In this document: piece by piece, positions 57,202 through 64,000 of the stretch
Position numbering within the stretch: the stretch's first letter is position 1
How the letters are laid out: each line of letters begins with the position of its first letter
Source: Thermoplasmata archaeon
GTDB lineage: Archaea; Thermoplasmatota; E2; DHVEG-1
Direction of reading: 5' to 3'
Assembly: GCA_020054475.1 (NCBI GenBank)
Contig: JAHWGJ010000001.1
Location: 122,434-186,433, forward strand
DNA length: 64,000 bases
Notes under the pieces: generated by a model
What the model saw: only the letters and a program-made list of their open reading frames with translations
Databases searched by the model: none
Told to the model about the DNA's origin: nothing
Made by a program: the position numbers and the translations under genes

Positions 57202-57906
57202 TTATTTACTGATTTTTTTTATAATTTTCGAATCTATTGTTTCTTCAAAACCTTCCGTCATTTCATTAAATTTACCTTTTTTTATCATATTTACGCCTAT
57301 TAACGCCATTATAATTCCTGCTATAGTACTTATTAATAAACTCAGCAATACTTGTTCTACACTTTCAGATCTTCTGCCAAATATTTTAAACCATTTAATA
57401 AATTCTAATATTACGCTAGTTGCCATTGTAGCAATTACTACTAAAAAGGCCATTGCATATTTATTCATTTTAAGACCATCCCAGAATTCATCAAAAATAT
57501 ATATAATGGCAAATGCTAAAAAAGCAACAAGGATAGAAGTAAAAAATTGTGTAACATCTGCATAGATAGGAACCTCATAATATGCATTTAATAGCACACC
57601 ACCCATATGTAATGCTAATATTCCCGCAATAAGTAATTCAATTGACCAGGGTAAGGTTACGTTGATATCTTTTTTTAATAAAGTTGGAATAAATCCTATT
57701 ATTATACCGGCTATCCCACCAATAACCCATATCCATTGACCTTTCCAAATTGCCAAAATAAATGTAACAATTAATACGATTTTTAAACTATACGATGCTA
57801 AAACATTTCTACATGATTTATTACAAATTGATCTTATATCCACAAAGGGGTAATCTAAAATATAATTCATATTATTTTCTAATGATCTATAAATCTTTTT
57901 TACCAA
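57202..57906 (-). CDS. Membrane protein (about 6 TM), unknown function
   Basis: The TTG start in the track overlaps the M28 gene end by 7 nt. ATG 57870 is an alternative. No SD seen for either. Confidence 0.4.
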   Translation of the reverse strand: MVKKIYRSLENNMNYILDYPFVDIRSICNKSCRNVLASYSLKIVLIVTFILAIWKGQWIWVIGGIAGIIIGFIPTLLKKDINVTLPWSIELLIAGILALHMGGVLLNAYYEVPIYADVTQFFTSILVAFLAFAIIYIFDEFWDGLKMNKYAMAFLVVIATMATSVILEFIKWFKIFGRRSESVEQVLLSLLISTIAGIIMALIGVNMIKKGKFNEMTEGFEETIDSKIIKKISK

Positions 57907-59201
57907 CGACCATATTGATAAGATGGTGTAAAAAATATTATCTCCATCTCATCAGTGTCATATTCACCTGATTCAGAATATGCAAATACCTTCAATTTAT
58001 GACGCCCTATTAAAGGATAATATTTACCTTGAATTTCCCATTCGTATGGTGGTTCTGAATCCCATAATGTAAATGCATCATTTATACTAAAAACAACATA
58101 TTTTACATTTTCATTACTAATAACTTCGACTGTGGACATTGGTCGTCCAAATGCAATTGTAATTCCCCTCAATCTTTGAAAGAAATTATCTGGAAAACCA
58201 AGTTCAATAACAGGTTTATTGTTAATATAGCCCATTCCTTCAAGAGGAGATGTAATAATAACCTGAATATTAATTGGTTTAACAGCTAATTCAGTAGCAA
58301 TTGCTAACATTATTTTTGTGGTTTTCATTTGATATGAAATATTAATATTTCCAAGAGTATCATTAGGTGAATGCCCCACTCTATTTGAATCATGTTGCGC
58401 AATCCATACTCCATCATAACCATAATCAACAAAAGCCTGATTATCCGCACCTGGATAATTAGGTAAACTCTCAACAGAAATGTTTAGATTATTATAATAT
58501 TTTAATGCTATATCTTGAGCAAAAGAGGCAATCCAATCAGATGGACTTTCATGGAAAAATCTAATAATTTTTCCGCCAATAGATGTTTCAGCATAACCTA
58601 TAATATCAAGATTTAGAACAGCAACAATATTATCACCTTTGTTATAAGATTCTCTTGCATAGATATAGCTCCCATATGTCCCAACTTCTTCTCCAGAAAA
58701 AGCAATAAATCGAATAGTATGATTAAAAGAATAGCTGCTAAGAATTTCAGCAATTGTCATAATAGCAACAACTCCTGATCCATCGTCATTAGCACCTGGA
58801 GAACCTTGAAATGTATCATAATGCGCAGATAAAATAAAAATTGCATTACTTGTTTGATCCTTTCCAGGTAAAGTCGCAACTATATTTCTTGATTCAAAGA
58901 CATCATATTTCCATTCATGAAATTCTACATCTAAACCCATTCTTTCAAATTCTTCATAAATCCAATCACCCGCTTTTGAACAATTAGGTGTTCCAGTATA
59001 CCTTACTCCAAATTTTAAAAGGTTTTCATAAAAATATAATACTCTAGACTCATTAATTTGATTGATTAAGGTTATGATATCAATATGATCAAAAGAAAAA
59101 TTTTGTTGATTTTTTGAATATCCCTGAGTTGAGAGGGAAATTGTACTTAGAATAATTAAACATCCAATAATAATTGAGACTATTCCATTTAACTTAATCA
59201 T
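57900..59201 (-). CDS. Secreted M28 family aminopeptidase
   Basis: ILSAHYDTF..GSPGANDDGSGVVAIMTIAEIL...IRFIAFSGEEVGTYGS, the M28 zinc ligand pattern. Signal peptide. Confidence 0.8.
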   Translation of the reverse strand: MIKLNGIVSIIIGCLIILSTISLSTQGYSKNQQNFSFDHIDIITLINQINESRVLYFYENLLKFGVRYTGTPNCSKAGDWIYEEFERMGLDVEFHEWKYDVFESRNIVATLPGKDQTSNAIFILSAHYDTFQGSPGANDDGSGVVAIMTIAEILSSYSFNHTIRFIAFSGEEVGTYGSYIYARESYNKGDNIVAVLNLDIIGYAETSIGGKIIRFFHESPSDWIASFAQDIALKYYNNLNISVESLPNYPGADNQAFVDYGYDGVWIAQHDSNRVGHSPNDTLGNINISYQMKTTKIMLAIATELAVKPINIQVIITSPLEGMGYINNKPVIELGFPDNFFQRLRGITIAFGRPMSTVEVISNENVKYVVFSINDAFTLWDSEPPYEWEIQGKYYPLIGRHKLKVFAYSESGEYDTDEMEIIFFTPSYQYGRW

Positions 59202-59328
59202 ATTTTTATAATTCCAACATAATTATATAAATATTTGTAAATTAAAAATAAAATAATAAAAAATTATGAATCATTCTAATAATATAAGATAAAAAAAAAT
59301 TAAATAATAGAAAAATATTTTTTTATTT

Positions 59329-59464
59329 ATGGCAGTAAATATATGCTCAATTTGTGGAGAAAAAAAAATCAATTGATGAAATGGTAGGAGATATCTGTCA
59401 GGATTGTGCATCATCAATAATGCAAGATGATGATTTAGATGTTGGAATGGATGATTTTTCATAA
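59329..59464 (+). pseudogene. Zinc-ribbon mini-gene interrupted by a frameshift in an A9 run (59360..59368)
   Basis: As written it reads MAVNICSICGEKKIN-stop. With one A fewer it reads MAVNICSICGEKKSIDEMVGDICQDCASSIMQDDDLDVGMDDFS-stop (CxxC-x12-CxxC plus acidic tail). ORF 59271..59522 (-) is its antisense shadow. Confidence 0.5.
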
Positions 59465-59565
59465 AAAAATATAAAAATTGTTTTTTAATATAACTATAAT
59501 TGTAACAAAAAATTATTTTCATTGTTAAAATTCTAAAAAGAGATATTAGTCAAATGTGATATTAG

Positions 59566-60324
59566 ATGAATATAAAAAAAATTATTAAAAAATATTTTAC
59601 AGTTTTAAAAAAGGAAGATATTGATAATCTATCTTCTGTTTTAAATAATGAAAGTATAATGTATACGCCCTTTGAAGGAAAAATAATTGGTAGAAATGAT
59701 ATTAAAAATTATTTTATTGAACAAAAAGAATGGTTAAATTCAAAAAAGGCTAAGATTGATGTTATAAATACAATAGATAATAATAATCGAATAGTAATTG
59801 AATTCGTTATTTTTTTTAATAAACAGGATGAACCAATTGAATTACCTGTTGTAGCTGTTTTAGATATTGATAATAGTTCAATAAATAGTATAAGAATTTA
59901 TCATAGTACTTGGCCTTTAACAGGTAAACATACTGTTATTAAACCAATTTTAGAAACAGAGGAAATCTTAGATGAACCTGATATTATTTCAATGTATATG
60001 CAGGGTATTAAAAACGCAGATAAAGAATTTGTTTTATCATTATTTGAAGAAAAAGCATATGTTCAAGAGCCAAGTGGTTCAAAATTCAGACATCAAGGTA
60101 AAGCCGAGCGCGAGAAATTTTATAGTTATGCATTAGATAAAGGAGGTGTACCTTTGAAGCATTGTACTGCAACTTTTGATGGTAAACATTTCGCGGTTGA
60201 ATATGTTTTTGATGAATGGGGAAATAAAAAATTTGAACCTCAAGCCGGGATAGCAATATATGAAATAGGTGAATCCGGAAAAATTGCTGCTGTAAGAATA
60301 TATGATGATGCATCACCACCTTAA
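59566..60324 (+). CDS. Tandem NTF2/SnoaL-like domain protein
   Basis: Two units of about 120 aa each with the alpha+beta cone pattern (...YF..L...D.D.L..........P.......G...I..YF... / ...A.V.EP.G....G......FY). SD GTGAT lies 5 nt before the ATG. Confidence 0.4.
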   Translation: MNIKKIIKKYFTVLKKEDIDNLSSVLNNESIMYTPFEGKIIGRNDIKNYFIEQKEWLNSKKAKIDVINTIDNNNRIVIEFVIFFNKQDEPIELPVVAVLDIDNSSINSIRIYHSTWPLTGKHTVIKPILETEEILDEPDIISMYMQGIKNADKEFVLSLFEEKAYVQEPSGSKFRHQGKAEREKFYSYALDKGGVPLKHCTATFDGKHFAVEYVFDEWGNKKFEPQAGIAIYEIGESGKIAAVRIYDDASPP

Positions 60325-60390
60325 TAATTTACTAGGGAAATCCTTATATACTCGTTATTGTGTAGCAGTCTATTAAAGGAATAAGTAAAA

Positions 60391-60531
60391 ATGTATAATG
60401 AAGATAGAGAAATGCATAAGGTAACTTGTGCAGAATGTAAGAAAGAAACAGAAGTACCTTTTAAACCAGATGGTACTCGTCCTGTATATTGCAAGGAATG
60501 TTTTAGTAAACGTAGACCTCGCAGATTTTAA
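60391..60531 (+). CDS. CxxC-x17-CxxC zinc-ribbon mini-protein (46 aa), copy 3 of 3
   Basis: MYNEDREMHKVTCAECKKETEVPFKPDGTRPVYCKECFSKRRPRRF. High nucleotide identity to copy 1. Same leader TATTAAAGGAATAAGTAAAAATG. Confidence 0.75.
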   Translation: MYNEDREMHKVTCAECKKETEVPFKPDGTRPVYCKECFSKRRPRRF

Positions 60532-60658
60532 ATTTAATTAGTTAATTGAGTTTGATTTGTTTTTTTATATAAATTTAAAATCATTTTTTTTATTTTTTTT
60601 GTTAATAATTAAATATCATAGGTATATAATTTACTTCCAATTCAATGATTATTAATGA

Positions 60659-61786
60659 CTATTTGGGTGGTTTATAATCCCATAATTTTATTGTGAAATC
60701 CCAATGTTTCTTTACATTATCGATTATTTTTTTATCTATTCTGTAAACATTTGTTTTATAATCTTTTTTAGAATTGAGATATTTCTCCAACTCAGGTTTT
60801 GCTTGTTCAAAACCTTTTAAACCAAGTGTTGAATAAATTTCTTTAACTTGATTTAATGGATCCGCAACTAAATCCTCATAACTAATTTCAATAAGATTTC
60901 CATCAGGAATATGATCTTTTTGTTCAAATAAACTTTTCATTAGCCGTTTATAATTATTAATTACTTGTTCTTCAATCTCTTCTTCATAAGCATTCTGTAA
61001 TGATAATTTATCTAATACTTTGGTTCTCATTTTTTTTGTTGAGAGATATACTTTGTAAGGATTTCTATATATGTGAATAAATTTAGCATCTGGAAATATT
61101 TCTAGAATTTCCTTAATTCGAGTAGAATTTGGAGGATTCTTCAATATTAATCTTTTTCCAGAATTTTCAAATGATACTGTTTTTAAAAATTTAAGGTATA
61201 TTCTTTTCCAATTTTCTAATTCTTTATCTGTAAAATCATGAAAATGAATTGATTTTAAATATTGTTCTTCAGCATTTCCTGGAAAATGTAAAGCATGAAA
61301 GAAAGACCAATCATAAAGAACAGATAATCCAGCTTCATCCTCATATGGGCCATCTGCCGCTACCTCAATCTGATCCATAGGTCTAGTTGGTGGTAAGAAT
61401 CTAGATAAAAATTCTTTCATTGGGTTTAAAATAAGAAAGCTATCAGGTAAAAGCGTGTTCCAAAGAGTAATATAACAAAATTGAGGATCATAACTTAGTA
61501 GTTCATGAAGATAAGTTGTTCCACTCCTCCAATGGCCAATTATGAAAACTGGTGGTTTTTCAATTTCAGTATTATTTATTTTTGAATCATACAAAACCTT
61601 AAATAAAAATCTTGCAGGTATTAAAGATATGGAGGATATTGTAACGAATATTACTCTTGGAAAAAATCGTAAATCAAAACCCCCATTTTTACATAATATT
61701 TTAATCCAATTTTTAAATGAAATTCCAAAAAGTGGATGTTGAATAGTATTCATTTCCGATTTAATTTTTTTCTTTTTTTCCACCAT
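60659..61786 (-). CDS. Sulfotransferase family protein
   Basis: FIIGHWRSGTTYLHELL (5'-PSB loop), YRNPYKVYLS (3'-PB region). Strong SD GGTGAGGA lies 6 nt before ATG 61786. That start lies 37 nt inside the end of the upstream gene. Confidence 0.75.
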   Translation of the reverse strand: MVEKKKKIKSEMNTIQHPLFGISFKNWIKILCKNGGFDLRFFPRVIFVTISSISLIPARFLFKVLYDSKINNTEIEKPPVFIIGHWRSGTTYLHELLSYDPQFCYITLWNTLLPDSFLILNPMKEFLSRFLPPTRPMDQIEVAADGPYEDEAGLSVLYDWSFFHALHFPGNAEEQYLKSIHFHDFTDKELENWKRIYLKFLKTVSFENSGKRLILKNPPNSTRIKEILEIFPDAKFIHIYRNPYKVYLSTKKMRTKVLDKLSLQNAYEEEIEEQVINNYKRLMKSLFEQKDHIPDGNLIEISYEDLVADPLNQVKEIYSTLGLKGFEQAKPELEKYLNSKKDYKTNVYRIDKKIIDNVKKHWDFTIKLWDYKPPK

Positions 61787-64000
61787 ATAAATTCCTCACC
61801 CTCATTTGATTTAAAAAAATAAATTAAATGTAAAAAAATCATTGAATTAGATATTAAATAGATATAAAAACCATTACCAAAACCCCAATTTGAATATAAT
61901 GAAATAATTGATCCCTCTTCGAATATATTTGAATCAATATTTCCTTGACCAATAATACTTCCAACAGTTATTGAAGATAACTCATTTAATGCAAATATAA
62001 ACATTGAAATTGCAATTATAAAAGTTATTAATGAAACTATAAGGGATGTAAAAATGATTTTTTTCTTATCGTTTTTATAAAAATAAAAACTTAAAGCAGT
62101 TAATATACAACCTACAAATGAAATCAATAAAAATATATTAACCACTAGAATAAACAAATCAGGAATATATGCTCGTTCACCAGATATAATATCTGAAGAA
62201 GTAGTTATAGTTACAAGCTCCATAGGGTATAAAAACATTGAAGTTGATGATTCTATTTGATTTGAAGAACCTTGAATTGTCCACCATGGAAATAATATTG
62301 ACATTAATACAAGGATAATTGGAATGAAAATCAAAGATAATTTAATATTTTTTTTCAAATATGAATAAATAATAAAAAACATAATTAATATAATGCAAAT
62401 TGATAATAAAATCATTGTAAATAATGAGTCGTGTTTTGTTACTATATCAAAATTAGTATCACCTAATATATTAATATTTTTATTATAGATTAATTCCTGA
62501 TCATCATAAATTTCTAAGTTATATTCACCTGGAGGGATTGTGTCTGAAAAATCATGATTATTCTTAGCAAGCTCGATCTTTTTACCATTCCTTGATATAT
62601 ATACTTTTGAATCTGGATAATTAAGTCCTCTAGAATCCCTAGTTATTATATTTATTTCATATTCCGCAGGAAATTCTAATTTTAAATTTAGATCATTTGT
62701 TAATTTTATTTTTTCTTCGATTATATATGATTTATATCTAAATACCATATAATAATCGCCTGGTGGTATATATTTAAAAACATATTCTGAAGCTGATTTT
62801 TTATCTGAATTAATTACTATTTGATCATTACTATCATCATGTACTATTACAGGATTTAATTCAACCTCAGGCGATAAATCCCATTTATCAAAAATTTCTA
62901 AATCAATGTTATATCTTTCAATATTTATTGATTCAATATCTGAGTTTAAATTTGATAACGAATTTATTTTTATTAAATCATCATATACAAATAATCCTTT
63001 ATACACTACTTGTAAACTGTAATCTTCTGAATTTTTTGGTGCTCTAATATCAGCCTCCCCTTCTGTATTGGTTATTGTTTTTGAAATTATCGAATTACTA
63101 TTTATTAATAATATTTCTGCGTTTTCTACTCTATCGCCGTTTTGATCCATTAATATTAGATTTGCTATACCTTCTGAACGACAGTTTATATTAATTTTTG
63201 TATCCTCTTTTAGATCTACTATGGCAAATCCAATATACTGTTTATGTTTTGAAAAAATAGAATTCTCTCTAAATATTTTCACAACATATTTACTTTCTTC
63301 AATATCTGAAAAAATCACTTTTTTATAAAAGGAAAGATTCCTCCATTCAAAATATTTAATGGATTGGATAATTGTTTTAATTATCCTTGAATTATCAAAA
63401 TCATCCATTGCCTCCATTGGGAGTCTTACGGCAGATTCTGAAGATATATATTCTTCTTCTTTATAGATTTCAACTGTTATAAAAGAAAAATTTTTTCCGA
63501 ACAAAGCTGAGATACTAGATCCCATCGGAATTGAAGGTGCTTGATGAACATTTATCGATAAAGTATGTTTTTCTACTTCATCTTTTTCATTATTGAAATC
63601 TAAGTTATATTCTGGTTTGTTTTCAATTAAATTCCTAAATATTTTTGCCTCATCATCTAATATTTTATAACCATCATTTCTTGTAGTGAAAAATTCAGCA
63701 TCAAATTCTACTATAAAATCTTGAGGTATTATTGTATCGAAATTTCCATCTATTTCATATGAATTTCTTGATATGACTATATTTGCCATATTATTTTCTA
63801 ATCCTGGCAAATGTGGATAGTCCATTTCATATGAGTTTATTTGAAGCCCATTTCTTTCATTATTGCCTTGTTTTAGTACATCATTTGAATAAAAAATAAT
63901 TGCATGAGCTGTGCCTGTTTCCCCATCATCAAATGAAACCCAGCTGTTTTTTCCTAAATCTACATCATCTTTTAAGCTTATTATTCTAATATCTAAATCT
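61750..64000 (-). CDS. Large protein with beta-sandwich (carboxypeptidase-regulatory-like) repeats and C-terminal polytopic membrane domain; 5' end outside window
   Basis: The frame stays open from the track's ATG 63825 to nt 64000 (...DLGKNSWVSFDDGETGTAHAIIFYSNDVLKQGNNERNGLQINSYE-MDYPHL). Contains units such as MDQNGDRVENAEILLINSNS..TNTEGEADIRAP. The last 230 aa or so hold about 6 TM helices. Confidence 0.5.
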   Translation of the reverse strand, partial: DLDIRIISLKDDVDLGKNSWVSFDDGETGTAHAIIFYSNDVLKQGNNERNGLQINSYEMDYPHLPGLENNMANIVISRNSYEIDGNFDTIIPQDFIVEFDAEFFTTRNDGYKILDDEAKIFRNLIENKPEYNLDFNNEKDEVEKHTLSINVHQAPSIPMGSSISALFGKNFSFITVEIYKEEEYISSESAVRLPMEAMDDFDNSRIIKTIIQSIKYFEWRNLSFYKKVIFSDIEESKYVVKIFRENSIFSKHKQYIGFAIVDLKEDTKININCRSEGIANLILMDQNGDRVENAEILLINSNSIISKTITNTEGEADIRAPKNSEDYSLQVVYKGLFVYDDLIKINSLSNLNSDIESINIERYNIDLEIFDKWDLSPEVELNPVIVHDDSNDQIVINSDKKSASEYVFKYIPPGDYYMVFRYKSYIIEEKIKLTNDLNLKLEFPAEYEINIITRDSRGLNYPDSKVYISRNGKKIELAKNNHDFSDTIPPGEYNLEIYDDQELIYNKNINILGDTNFDIVTKHDSLFTMILLSICIILIMFFIIYSYLKKNIKLSLIFIPIILVLMSILFPWWTIQGSSNQIESSTSMFLYPMELVTITTSSDIISGERAYIPDLFILVVNIFLLISFVGCILTALSFYFYKNDKKKIIFTSLIVSLITFIIAISMFIFALNELSSITVGSIIGQGNIDSNIFEEGSIISLYSNWGFGNGFYIYLISNSMIFLHLIYFFKSNEGEEFIWWKKRKKLNRK

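Noticed and set aside
61750-61753. An ATGA stop/start overlap that would make Met 61753 the sulfotransferase start.
   Set aside because: The upstream ATG 61786 has a much stronger SD (GGTGAGGA, 6-nt spacer), so I kept the longer ORF.
1-64000. A search by eye for tRNA (GGTTCGAAT-type T-arms), rRNA, CRISPR arrays, transposase/integrase genes and terminal inverted repeats.
   Set aside because: None were found. The only GC-rich non-coding islands are A, B and C, and none of them folds as a cloverleaf.

Overview
The window is very AT-rich and densely coding, with about 60 genes. It is most likely archaeal, based on a UPF0058 protein, a PAS-DUF835-HTH regulator, CxxC-x17-CxxC mini-proteins, a PGF-CTERM-like tail, and GGAGG/GGTGA Shine-Dalgarno sites before many starts. 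I saw no rRNA, tRNA, CRISPR array, transposase or integrase. Ordinary regulatory and transport genes are present: PAS histidine kinase, PadR, XRE-ABC operon, MATE, CDF, ArsM, aminotransferase and GH13. These are interleaved with two blocks of signal-peptide proteins, at 24.1-30.0 kb and 38.9-59.2 kb. The second block is an extracellular peptidase island: two papain-like C1, one C11 clostripain-like, one C25 gingipain-like, one HExxH protease, one M14 and one M28. Several of these proteins carry a recurring PKD-like module (PPxxPxIxGP...DWxDG...W), and four of them also end in a short hydrophobic NR-containing tail. Items worth a second look: (1) three GC-rich intergenic islands at 8.1, 34.8 and 38.6 kb that share sequence and look like an unclassified structured RNA family; (2) three paralogous CxxC-x17-CxxC genes that share a promoter/leader; (3) a 20-nt exact intergenic repeat; (4) several lightly damaged or non-canonical genes (PadR with one in-frame TAA, an A9 frameshift in a zinc-ribbon mini-gene, and two ORFs with a good SD in front of ATA instead of ATG); (5) a secreted SOR-like protein with a PGF-CTERM-like anchor; (6) a C11 peptidase that appears to lack the catalytic His. 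All functional calls rest on motif recognition by eye, and no database search was run.
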